DNA of 34,664 bases from a candidate division NPL-UPA2 bacterium (GTDB taxonomy: Bacteria; Bacillota; UBA994). The notes below the pieces were generated by a model. It searched no databases and was not told the DNA's origin. It saw only the letters and a list, made by a program, of their open reading frames with translations. Both the position numbers and the translations under genes were made by a program. The DNA lies in the NCBI GenBank assembly GCA_018725205.1, contig QLUB01000002.1:1-34664 (forward strand). The letters run 5' to 3'. Below are positions 1 to 7,621 of the stretch, piece by piece; position 1 is the stretch's first letter, and each line of letters opens with the position of its first letter.

Positions 1-1
1 T

Positions 2-298
2 ATCGACCACCGACAAAACTATAGCGACTGGCGACAAAGCCTGCTTGTACCGAGAGCAAGAAGCCCTATTGCCACGCCAACGAGCCGTGCTGCTAAGCCC
101 AAACAAAGCAATGTCGTGGCGCTAGAGAATGAGATTGGGCGGCTAGAACAAGAGAAAACGGCGCAAGAAGGGCATATGGCTAAGAGCGAGTTCCTCAAGC
201 AAAAAGACGGCGGCCGCGACGCTATCGCACGCTATATGTGGGTTTGCTCGCGCCTCAAAGAGCTCTATGCGCAATGGGAGCGTGAAAGTGACGGTTGA
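2..298 (+). CDS. C-terminal end of an ABC-F-like ATP-binding protein (5' partial, continues upstream of the window)
   Basis: The frame of the listed 116..298 ORF stays open back to base 2 (IDHRQNYSDWRQSLL...). An NYSDW-type motif followed by a charged coiled-coil tail ending LKELYAQWE resembles ABC-F C-termini. The TGA stop at 296-298 lies inside the heptamer array. Confidence 0.4.
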   Translation: MDHRQNYSDWRQSLLVPRARSPIATPTSRAAKPKQSNVVALENEIGRLEQEKTAQEGHMAKSEFLKQKDGGRDAIARYMWVCSRLKELYAQWERESDG

Positions 299-337
299 CG
301 GTTGACGGTTGACGGTTGACGGTTGACGGTTGACGGT
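289..337. repeat. Seven perfect tandem copies of the heptamer TGACGGT
   Basis: Read directly: TGACGGT x7 with no mismatch from 289 to 337, followed by a degenerate GGACG. It overlaps the upstream stop codon and ends about 18 nt before the GAGGAGG RBS of the next gene. Confidence 0.95.
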
Positions 338-367
338 GGACGAGCGACGACCAGCGAGGAGGCAAGT

Positions 368-1024
368 ATGGATATAGAAAAGATCATGGCGTGGGGCATG
401 GAGAAAATGAACTTCGTGGACGAAGCACCGTTAGAGAAGGGCTACCGCTACTATCACGGAAAAAGGACGGCGCAAATCGCACTGTCCTTAGCTCAGGGCA
501 TGAATCTCCCTGTTGACCGCGACACCTTGTTTGCCGGCGCATTCTTGCACGATGTTGGCAAGGCAGGGTTCAACGGCCCACATCATGGCGCGCGCGGCGA
601 GGATATGATTCGACAAGAGATCGCGCAATTATTCTCTCCAGCGGAGCTTGAACAGGTGTGCAGCATTGTCCGGTATCATTATACGCGACCCCACAGTCAT
701 TACTCGAAGGGCCACTTGCTGCCAGCGCTCAGTGTAGAAACGCTGCTAGTGCAGGACGCCGACGCCCTAGACCACTTTGGCGGCAATGCGCTGTGGCTGG
801 CGTTTCGTTGGAGTGGGGCACACGGCCGAAATCCGGGTGAAACCATCCGCTTCTATCGCGAGCAAGATGCCGTATGGCGGCACGATGCGCTTCGGGGGCT
901 AAACTTTCCCCTCAGTCGCCGCGAACTCCAGGCCCGCATTGCCCGGACGGACGCCTTTTTTGCGCTCTGGGAAGAAGAGGAGCGGGGCGAATTGACGCAC
1001 ATGAAGTCTAAGTTGCAGAACTGA
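368..1024 (+). CDS. HD-domain metal-dependent phosphohydrolase
   Basis: ATG at 368 is preceded by GAGGAGG (355-361). The listed TTG start at 323 lies inside the heptamer repeat and is probably spurious. HD signature: YHGKRTAQIALSL...FAGAFLHDVGK...VQDADALDH. Confidence 0.8.
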   Translation: MDIEKIMAWGMEKMNFVDEAPLEKGYRYYHGKRTAQIALSLAQGMNLPVDRDTLFAGAFLHDVGKAGFNGPHHGARGEDMIRQEIAQLFSPAELEQVCSIVRYHYTRPHSHYSKGHLLPALSVETLLVQDADALDHFGGNALWLAFRWSGAHGRNPGETIRFYREQDAVWRHDALRGLNFPLSRRELQARIARTDAFFALWEEEERGELTHMKSKLQN

Positions 1025-1150
1025 TTGCGCAATTAGTTCCACAGTCGGACAGGGATGAACTTGCATGAAAGCCTGTCTACTGTACTGGGTGAAGCGAGAA
1101 AAAGTCTATGGTGAGAAGTGACGGAACTGAACATATGGAAGGTGAGAAGC

Positions 1151-1654
1151 ATGGGTAAAGTTACGGGTAGAGTGGGCGGGATCATCGGAGGTTTTGATGT
1201 TGACTGTTATGTATCATCGCGGAGCGTTGAAGGGCGTATTGGCGGATTGTCCCGGGGTGCAGATGTTAAGTTTGTAATCAGTCAGCATGGCCTTATTACA
1301 GGGCGTATGGGTGGTGGAATCCTTGGGCAGGACGTGCGCCTAAGGTTTACCGAGGAAGAGGTTGGCGGCCGGGTGGGAGGGGATATCGTAGGTAAGGATG
1401 TCGCTCTCAAAGTTTCAGGCTACGAGGTCGGTGGCAGAGTAGGTGGGGATGCTATAGGGTTTAGTTGTAGGCTTATATACAACCCTAATGGCGGGGAACT
1501 ACGTGGTCGGGTGGGGGGAGAGTTTAGCGGGCACGATGTCAACCTTGTAGTCTCAGACTGTCCGCTGGTTGTAGCTGCGCTAATTGCTGCCTTAACATAT
1601 AATTACTACCTTTCTACGCGGAGCTCAAAAAGTGCCTTAGGTTCTAATCTTTAA
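1151..1654 (+). CDS. Uncharacterised repeat protein: six ~22-aa GR[VIM]GG-x3-G-x-DV-x-L repeats plus a C-terminal hydrophobic helix
   Basis: ATG at 1151 is preceded by GGAAGGTGA. GR[VIM]GG recurs at residues 6, 28, 51, 73, 95 and 119 (spacing 22-24). The C-terminus CPLVVAALIAALTYNYYL looks like a single TM anchor. I recognise no family. Confidence 0.6.
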   Translation: MGKVTGRVGGIIGGFDVDCYVSSRSVEGRIGGLSRGADVKFVISQHGLITGRMGGGILGQDVRLRFTEEEVGGRVGGDIVGKDVALKVSGYEVGGRVGGDAIGFSCRLIYNPNGGELRGRVGGEFSGHDVNLVVSDCPLVVAALIAALTYNYYLSTRSSKSALGSNL

Positions 1655-1691
1655 CCTTGTAAGGCTCCTGCAACGGTCGCTACTTGCGGCG

Positions 1692-1877
1692 TTGCCACAA
1701 AAACAAGCTTATAGGGCGAAATGCACCGCAGGTAAGTATCAGAGAATATGGAGTAGACCTTACCAGAAAGCCTGCCGCGACGTAGACGAGCGAACAGCCG
1801 CCAACCCTGACCTCTACCGAAAGCGACAGATGATGGTCGAGCATCCCTGCCGAAAAGAAGTTGCGCAGGGTATATAA
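1692..1877 (+). pseudogene. Remnant of a DDE transposase C-terminus (IS1182/IS5-like)
   Basis: The translation ...CTAGKYQRIWSRPYQKACRDVDERTAANPDLYRKRQMMVEHP... matches the conserved C-x-x-x-GR-I-x-R...Y-x-x-R-x-x-x-VEHpFG block of IS1182/IS5-type transposases. It then diverges and stops. No N-terminal catalytic part is present. Confidence 0.45.
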
Positions 1878-1897
1878 TAAGACTAGGGGAAGCATGT

Positions 1898-1923
1898 GCA
1901 CGTGCGCTAATACGTGTTACAAT
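1898..1923 (+). promoter_or_regulatory. Putative hicAB promoter/operator region
   Basis: Perfect palindrome GCACGTGC (1898-1905), a second ACGTG (1912-1916) and a TACAAT -10-like box (1918-1923) lie just upstream of the AAGGAG RBS (1931-1936). The -35 is weak. Confidence 0.3.
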
Positions 1924-1944
1924 GGGAGAGAAGGAGTGGAAGCT

Positions 1945-2163
1945 GTGGTCGATTACTCATCCAAAGAGATCCTTCGGCAGCTACGAGCCTTCGGTTGGGA
2001 GATAGTCGGCCAGAGGGGGTCGCATGTTTACCTCGAGCACAAGTCCTCGCCCGGAAAAGTCACCGTACCGCATCCCAAGCAGAGTTTGAAACGAAAGACG
2101 GCGTTAAGTATACTCAAACAAGCTGGCTTGCGCCAAGCTAAGGGAGGCCTTCATGATGGATAA
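1945..2163 (+). CDS. hicA: HicA family mRNA-interferase toxin
   Basis: GTG at 1945 lies 8 nt after AAGGAG. KEILRQLRAFGWEIVGQRGSHVYLEH...VTVPHPKQSLKRKTALSILKQAGL is the HicA fold signature, including the GSH catalytic His. It overlaps hicB by 11 nt. Confidence 0.85.
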   Translation: MVDYSSKEILRQLRAFGWEIVGQRGSHVYLEHKSSPGKVTVPHPKQSLKRKTALSILKQAGLRQAKGGLHDG

Positions 2164-2596
2164 GTGCATATATCCCGCCGTTTTTGAACCGTGTGAGGAA
2201 GGTGGATACACCGTCGTGTTTCCCGATTTACCGGGCTGCATTACCGAGGGCGACGCCGTGGATGACGCCTTGGCAATGGCGAAGGAAGTGCTAGAACTGT
2301 ACCTTTATGGGTTAGAGAGAAAGGCGGAGAAGATGCCTCCCCCCAGCAATCCCGCTGTGTGCTCTGTGCCCGCAGGGGGTTTCGTCAGCCTTGTAGAGGC
2401 TTGGATGCCCGCCGTTCGCTATGATATGGCAACAAAGTCCGTGAAGAAAACTTTGACCATACCTAGTTGGTTAAATGACCATGCTGAACAGCAAGGCATA
2501 AACTACTCGCAACTCCTGCAGGCCGCACTCAAGGAACACCTCGGAGTTAAAGAACCCTCCTACGCCAAGCAATATAGCACTAAAGGGAAAGCTTAA
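2153..2596 (+). CDS. hicB: HicB family antitoxin with a C-terminal RHH-like DNA-binding tail
   Basis: ATG at 2153 follows AAGGGAGG. YPAVFEPCEEGGYTVVFPDLPGCITEGDAVDDALAMAKEVLELYL is the typical HicB N-domain. The C-terminus is TLTIPSWLNDHAEQQGINYSQLLQAALKEHL. Confidence 0.85.
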   Translation: MMDKCIYPAVFEPCEEGGYTVVFPDLPGCITEGDAVDDALAMAKEVLELYLYGLERKAEKMPPPSNPAVCSVPAGGFVSLVEAWMPAVRYDMATKSVKKTLTIPSWLNDHAEQQGINYSQLLQAALKEHLGVKEPSYAKQYSTKGKA

Positions 2597-2909
2597 ACGG
2601 GCGATTGAGGCATTGAACCGCGGACAAGGGGGAAGGTTCTTTTTGTCCAAAGGACGACCAATGGCGGTTGACAGTTGGCTTAGAGAGAGGTGCATATGCC
2701 CTTTGTTTTTTGAGGAGACGGTATTGGTTGTTTAGGTCTGCCCTGATCTCCGGACCAATCCTGATGCCGGAGGACTCAAGGAAACTGTCATAGATGATCT
2801 TTCCTTCAAAGGGAAGCAACACGGTTTTAATGCAACTAGGGGGGTCAAGAACCTCCTTCAGAGGGTACCGCTCCGAGCGCGCCCTAGACGACTCCGAGCT
2901 CATGCGCAT
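2580..2909 (-). CDS. Hypothetical protein, possibly an N-terminally truncated or decayed gene
   Basis: Only the ORF track supports it. The core TVLLPFEGKIIYDSFLESSGIRIGPEIRADLNNQY looks like a conserved-hypothetical motif that I cannot place. The 3' tail overlaps hicB and the hairpin. An in-frame stop lies 9 nt (three codons) upstream of the start, and I see no clear RBS. Confidence 0.25.
   Translation of the reverse strand: MRMSSESSRARSERYPLKEVLDPPSCIKTVLLPFEGKIIYDSFLESSGIRIGPEIRADLNNQYRLLKKQRAYAPLSKPTVNRHWSSFGQKEPSPLSAVQCLNRPFKLSL
2622..2648 (+). terminator. Hairpin downstream of hicB (possible terminator, no U-tract)
   Basis: GGACAA (2622-2627) pairs with TTGTCC (2643-2648) and can be extended by G-U pairs. 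No T-run follows on the + strand. Confidence 0.3.
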
Positions 2910-3121
2910 GCCTCTCTACGTTCGCTTCCACCGCCTGTTCCTTATAGCCAGATTAAGGCTCTGCCTCGACATTGACATAAACAACCGCGACTTGCCCGAT
3001 TGGCTCATTAACCTCTACCGCAAGCTCTCCTGCCGCGTTGAGCAATACATAGCAGACATCCGTGTGGGTCGAGCAATGATGACTTAGTTAGTCTTCATTC
3101 TGTCCAACGTCCGGCTCTGTG

Positions 3122-3141
3122 TTCTCTGCGCCTCTGTGGTG
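3122..3141. repeat. 20-nt element TTCTCTGCGCCTCTGTGGTG, a copy of the gap-leader element
   Basis: 19/20 identity to 22921-22940. Built of CTCTG(T/C)G heptads at 3115-3121, 3124-3130 and 3132-3138. Confidence 0.6.
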
Positions 3142-3147
3142 GGCGTG

Positions 3148-3178
3148 AAAAAAGGGGCTGCCGGTGCGCAGCCCTTTT
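3148..3178 (-). terminator. Rho-independent terminator of the TRAP operon (bidirectional shape)
   Basis: AAAAAA-GGGGCTGC-loop-GCAGCCC-TTTT lies 24 nt after the permease stop at 3202. On the minus strand the stem is followed by a run of six U. Confidence 0.75.
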
Positions 3179-3201
3179 ACGTGTCCATGGCGTTCTACAA
3201 G

Positions 3202-5220
3202 CTAGTGTGTCGTAGTGTGACTTGCCGTGTCGCACTCCTCGGTCGCTCGACTCCGTTCCTTCTCCCTTCTACTCCGCTGCGCCAAGTAGACTACCCCCAG
3301 CGCGACAAGGCCGAAGGTATCTGTGAGGAGACCTGGGTCAATTAAGCCTAGCGCTGCGGCAAATAAGAGCACTCGCTCCCACAACAGAGCCGGAACGATA
3401 AAGTAGCCTTGCACCGCTGTAGCCAGAGCGATAATGCCCATCAGTGCCGTCGCGATATTGTGTACAGCCTCAAGCCATGTGACGTCGATGAGCAGCAGGC
3501 CAGGCGATATGGCGAAAATGTAGGGGATAAGAAACGCGGCCAAGGCCAGCTTGACGGCAGTCAGGCCGGTCTTCATGGCGTTGCCGCCGGCGATGCCTGC
3601 ACCCGCATAGGCTGCCAGTGCTACGGGCGGCGTAATATCGGCCATAATGCCAAAGTAGAAGATAAAGAGATGCGCGGCGATAAGGGGCACGCCTAACTTT
3701 ACGAGCGCAGGCGCGGCCATCGTGGCTAAGACAATGTACTTAGCGGTCGTCGGTAGTCCCATGCCTAGGATGATGGAAGCGATCATCGTCAGGAAAAGGG
3801 TGAGCAGGAGATTGCCCCCGGCTACCTGTATTACTAGGTGGGCGAACTTGAGCCCAAGGCCCGTAAGCGTCACCACGCCGACCACAATGCCAGCACAAGC
3901 ACAGGCAGCGGCAACACCTACCGCGCTACGCGCGCCGTTCTCGAAAGCCTTGGGAATGCCGAGAATCAAGGCTTTACCGGACTTAAAGTCGCGTTTCAGT
4001 AGTAACCCGAGCAGTGCGACCAGCACGGCAATGTTAATGCTTTGGAAGGCAGCCCAGAAGGGCGAGCGCCCCACCATCAGAAAATAGATGATGGTAAACA
4101 GCGGAATGATCAGATACCAGCCCCGCCTGAGGGTCTCTCCGGCGCGCGGCAGCATGGATTTAGGGAGGCCCTTAAGCCCGGTCTTAACTGCTTCTAGGTG
4201 CACCATCGTTCCCACGCCCAGGAAATAAAGAATGGCGGGGATGGCTGCGGCCTTTACGATGTCAATATAGGCGATGCCCGTCATCTCGGCCATAATAAAG
4301 GCCGCAGCACCCATAACGGGCGGCATTATCTGCCCGCCCGTAGAAGCTGCTGCCTCCACGGCACCGGCAAATTCTGGGCTGTAGCCGACTTTTTTCATCG
4401 CAGGGATGGTGAATGCTCCCGTTGTGACTGTGTTCGCCACGGACGACCCGGAGATAGAGCCCATGAGGCCCGAGGCGAGCACGGCTGTTTTGGCGGGTCC
4501 GCCGCGCATATGACCTGTTGCGGCAAAAGCCAGGTCGATAAAGAATTGCCCGACCCCAGTTTTTTCTAGAAACGCGCCGTAGAGAATAAATAGAAACACA
4601 AAGGTCGAGCTGACGCCAAGTGGTATGCCAAAGATCCCTTCCGTGGTTAAGAAGAGATGGTCAACTATGCTCCTAAGCGAGTAGCCGCGGTGTATTAAGA
4701 GGCCAGGCATCCATTGGCCAAAGCGAGCGTAGACAATAAAGGCTAGCGCCACCAGCGGGAGCTCCGGTCCCACCGCGCGGCGGGCAATCTCTAATACTAG
4801 TAGTATGGCAACAATACCTACATAGATATCCATAGATGTGGGCAGGCCAGCGCGAAAAATCAGGGCTTCGTAGTTCAGCAAAAGGTAAAGGCATACGCCT
4901 ACTCCGAGAAGTGCCAGTACTACGTCATACCACGGCAGTTTGTGCTTGCTTAGCCTCTTGGTGGCTGGCCACAACAGGAACGCTAGGACCATCGCAAACA
5001 TGAGGTGAACCGCGCGCTGCTGCATGGCCACCAGCACACCCATGGCCGCAGTGTAGTAGTGAAACAGAGACATGGAGATGGCGATGCAAGAAACAACTAT
5101 GCCCACCCAACCGGCCAGCTTGCGGAACTGAGAATCGGGGTCGTATTTTTCTAACGTAGCCTGCACGTCAACCGCTTCAAGGTGTGCGGCTACGCTGGGC
5201 TTATGCTCTGCGTTGCTCAT
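3202..5220 (-). CDS. TRAP transporter fused permease (4TM/12TM DctQM-type, TAXI system)
   Basis: Large polytopic membrane protein. ATG at 5220 lies 8 nt after AAGGAGAG and overlaps the upstream stop (ATGA). The listed 5247 start is an in-frame extension. It sits in an operon with DUF1850 and a TAXI receptor. Confidence 0.9.
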   Translation of the reverse strand: MSNAEHKPSVAAHLEAVDVQATLEKYDPDSQFRKLAGWVGIVVSCIAISMSLFHYYTAAMGVLVAMQQRAVHLMFAMVLAFLLWPATKRLSKHKLPWYDVVLALLGVGVCLYLLLNYEALIFRAGLPTSMDIYVGIVAILLVLEIARRAVGPELPLVALAFIVYARFGQWMPGLLIHRGYSLRSIVDHLFLTTEGIFGIPLGVSSTFVFLFILYGAFLEKTGVGQFFIDLAFAATGHMRGGPAKTAVLASGLMGSISGSSVANTVTTGAFTIPAMKKVGYSPEFAGAVEAAASTGGQIMPPVMGAAAFIMAEMTGIAYIDIVKAAAIPAILYFLGVGTMVHLEAVKTGLKGLPKSMLPRAGETLRRGWYLIIPLFTIIYFLMVGRSPFWAAFQSINIAVLVALLGLLLKRDFKSGKALILGIPKAFENGARSAVGVAAACACAGIVVGVVTLTGLGLKFAHLVIQVAGGNLLLTLFLTMIASIILGMGLPTTAKYIVLATMAAPALVKLGVPLIAAHLFIFYFGIMADITPPVALAAYAGAGIAGGNAMKTGLTAVKLALAAFLIPYIFAISPGLLLIDVTWLEAVHNIATALMGIIALATAVQGYFIVPALLWERVLLFAAALGLIDPGLLTDTFGLVALGVVYLAQRSRREKERSRATEECDTASHTTTH

Positions 5221-5735
5221 GATAACACTCTCCTTAATCGCAGCCAAACGACAGGACGCGTGGCCAGGTAAACATCAACTCTGGTCCCTGAGGGGTACTG
5301 GGCTAGGTCAACTCGGGCATTCTTCAGCACTATGGCCTGTGAGGTCTCAGGGGAGACAATTAGGCTTAGCGAGGGGAGGGCGGTGTCGTGGGGGACGAAG
5401 AACCAGCCGTCTTCCATGCGGAAACCAAAGGTGTTTTCCGTAGAAATACCCGCGTTGTACGATTTCATCCTGCTCCCAGTGAGCCTAAGGCCCGACTCTT
5501 CGACGGTGAGGTGTTCAAAGATGGGGGTGCGTTCCACCGAGTGAACAAAATAGCTGGTGACAGTGTCGCCGACCGCAACCTCAAACGTGTGCGTGGCGTG
5601 ACCAATTGCCTGTATTACCAGCACCCGCGACGTGGGGAAGAAAGAGGACAAGAGGAGGGCTAGGGCGAACACATTACCTACCAGGGTTGTAAACGAAGGG
5701 GCACCGCGCTGCGGTGCCCCGAGTCTCCGGTACAC
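5217..5735 (-). CDS. DUF1850 domain protein (TAXI-TRAP accessory)
   Basis: An N-terminal hydrophobic segment, then ...FVHSVERTPIFEHLTVEESGLRL..., matching the HSVE-x-TP-x-x-E core I recall for DUF1850. It lies between the TAXI receptor and the permease. The start is uncertain (GTG 5735 overlaps the receptor stop). Confidence 0.7.
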   Translation of the reverse strand: MYRRLGAPQRGAPSFTTLVGNVFALALLLSSFFPTSRVLVIQAIGHATHTFEVAVGDTVTSYFVHSVERTPIFEHLTVEESGLRLTGSRMKSYNAGISTENTFGFRMEDGWFFVPHDTALPSLSLIVSPETSQAIVLKNARVDLAQYPSGTRVDVYLATRPVVWLRLRRVLS

Positions 5736-6694
5736 TAGCGCTGTTCCCTGTAGAACTTTTGCGCACCTGGGTGAAGCGGTATGGGCATCGCTTGCTGAGC
5801 CGTAGCGAGAGAAAGGTCTTTGCCGCGTACATGTGCAGCGCCGAAATCGTCGAGGTGCTTGAATAGGGCCTTGGTGATTTCATAAACTTGTCGCTCCGTG
5901 AGGCTACCCTTGACGGCAATCATCGCTCGCACGGCAACGCTCTCTACCGGAGCCGCTAAGCCACGGTAGGTCCCAGCCGGGATGGTATGCTTAACGTAGA
6001 AGGGATGGGTGGTCCGCAGAGCATCAATCTCCGGTCCGGTTAGGGACACGAGAGTAATGGCAATGCTGTTAGCGAGCTCTGTTACGGCAGCGGTGGGGGT
6101 GCCGGCGGTGACAAAGGCGGCGTCTAGATGCCCGTCCCTGATTTGCGCGGTCGCGTCGCCGAACGGCAGATACTCTACTTTGGCCAGTTGTGAGTACTGA
6201 ATGCCGAAAGCACCAAGGACCTGACGGGCATTGGCCTCAGTGCCGGAACCGGCTGCCCCTACTGCCAAGCGTTTCCCAACTAAATCGCGCACGGACTTGA
6301 TGCCCGACGCTTCAGTGGCGATAAGCTGAATGACCTCGGGGTAGAGAGTCGCGATGCCGCGGATTTGGTCGTTCTTGCGGTCTTTGAACATTTCCAGCCC
6401 GTTAAAGGAGTAGTAGGCGATGTCGTTTTGCAGGAAGGCTATCTCCACTCCTTCCGCGCCGGCTGTAGCCAACAAGTTGGCATTAGCCACCGATGCACCG
6501 GTAACGCGGGCCGAGGCTTCCATGTTCCGGATATCCTCGTTAAGAATTTTGGCGAGTGCGCCGCCAAGCGGGAAGTAGACTCCACCCGTCCCGCCGGTAG
6601 CGATACTGAGGAACTGCTTTTGCGGCGTACAGCCAGTAACAATGACGGCTAGGGCAGCAATAAGTACGAAGGCGACGATTAGTGCGCGTTTCAT
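5735..6694 (-). CDS. TAXI-family TRAP transporter solute-binding lipoprotein
   Basis: Lipoprotein signal MKRALIVAFVLIAALAVIVTGC, then the IATGGTGGVYFPLGGALAKIL signature of TAXI receptors. Confidence 0.9.
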   Translation of the reverse strand: MKRALIVAFVLIAALAVIVTGCTPQKQFLSIATGGTGGVYFPLGGALAKILNEDIRNMEASARVTGASVANANLLATAGAEGVEIAFLQNDIAYYSFNGLEMFKDRKNDQIRGIATLYPEVIQLIATEASGIKSVRDLVGKRLAVGAAGSGTEANARQVLGAFGIQYSQLAKVEYLPFGDATAQIRDGHLDAAFVTAGTPTAAVTELANSIAITLVSLTGPEIDALRTTHPFYVKHTIPAGTYRGLAAPVESVAVRAMIAVKGSLTERQVYEITKALFKHLDDFGAAHVRGKDLSLATAQQAMPIPLHPGAQKFYREQR

Positions 6695-6851
6695 ATTACC
6701 CCTCCTGTTAGTTTGTGCCTTAGCTTAGACCGCGACCTACATAATCCTACGGAATCCTACAGAATAATACTTGCACAGTTCTGAAGATTGCCTAGAGTTG
6801 GACGACTACAGAGTTTGGCTAAATCAGGTATAATATACGGGACAAGTCTTT

Positions 6852-7610
6852 GTGGGGGTGCGCTCTTTGGTCAAAGCCGACACACATGTACATACCATCG
6901 CCAGCGGGCATGCTTACGGCACCGTACAAGAGATGGCGGTGGCCGCGCGGGAGAAGGGGCTAGAACTTATCGCCCTCTGTGACCATGGGCCAAGTCTCCC
7001 CGGCGCGCCGCACCGCTACTATTTCAGCAACTTATTGGTTCTGCCGCATTTCATCGCCGGTGTAGAGGTGTTAAGGGGCATTGAGGCTAATATGCTTAAT
7101 GAGCGTGGCGAACTTGACCTAGAGCGGCGTTTCCTCGAGCGTCTTGATTGGGTGGCGGCCGGATTTCATGATGACTGCGTGGCCCCCATGTCGCGTGACC
7201 TCAATACGCAGGCCATTCTCGGAGCCATTAGTACGGGGCTAGTTGATGTAATTGTGCATCCCGGCAACCCGCAGTTTCCTATTCACCACGAAATAGTGGT
7301 GCGCGCTATTGCCGAGGCAGGTATCGCCATGGAAGTAAACAATGCCTCGCTCATCTATCCTCACCGGCGGGGGAGTGAAAAAAACTGCGTGGAGCTGATT
7401 GGGCTTGCCATACACTACGGGGCCAATATCGTGCTGGGCAGCGACGCGCATTCGCCTTGGCAAGTGGGTGAAGTGGGGAAGGCCTACGAGTTAGCCGTAA
7501 GCTGTGGGGTTCCCCCCGCGCAAATACTTAACTTCACAGCCAACGGCGTGCGTGAGTATCTCAAAAGGCGGGGCAAGCCGCGCTACATCGCGGACGCCTC
7601 AGTGGTCTAG
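6852..7610 (+). CDS. ycdX: PHP-domain phosphatase, YcdX-like
   Basis: Collinear with E. coli YcdX as I recall it: DTHVHTIASGHAYGT, LCDHGP, LRGIEAN, AAGFHD, HPGNP, MEVNNAS, LGSDAH. The start could be 6852, 6858 or 6867. Confidence 0.85.
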   Translation: MGVRSLVKADTHVHTIASGHAYGTVQEMAVAAREKGLELIALCDHGPSLPGAPHRYYFSNLLVLPHFIAGVEVLRGIEANMLNERGELDLERRFLERLDWVAAGFHDDCVAPMSRDLNTQAILGAISTGLVDVIVHPGNPQFPIHHEIVVRAIAEAGIAMEVNNASLIYPHRRGSEKNCVELIGLAIHYGANIVLGSDAHSPWQVGEVGKAYELAVSCGVPPAQILNFTANGVREYLKRRGKPRYIADASVV

Positions 7611-7621
7611 GGAGGTGTGTT

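Noticed and set aside
289-337. The heptamer array as a CRISPR array or a coding repeat.
   Set aside because: The units are 7 nt with no spacers, so it is not a CRISPR array. The TTG-323 ORF reading through it (MTVDGGR...) is an upstream extension of the HD gene, which has a proper GAGGAGG-ATG start at 368.
1680-1901. A 73-aa minus-strand ORF opposite the transposase stub.
   Set aside because: It has no RBS and no recognisable motif. The opposite strand carries the conserved transposase block, which explains why the frame is open.
3136-3345. A 69-aa + strand ORF spanning the TRAP terminator and the 3' end of the permease gene.
   Set aside because: It runs through a rho-independent terminator hairpin and is antisense to a well-supported permease. 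It has no RBS.
6742-6770. The direct repeat ATCCTAC-gga-ATCCTAC in the divergent TAXI/ycdX intergenic region as an operator.
   Set aside because: It is only 7 nt x2, which is easily expected by chance. No associated regulator gene lies in the window. I note it but cannot support it.
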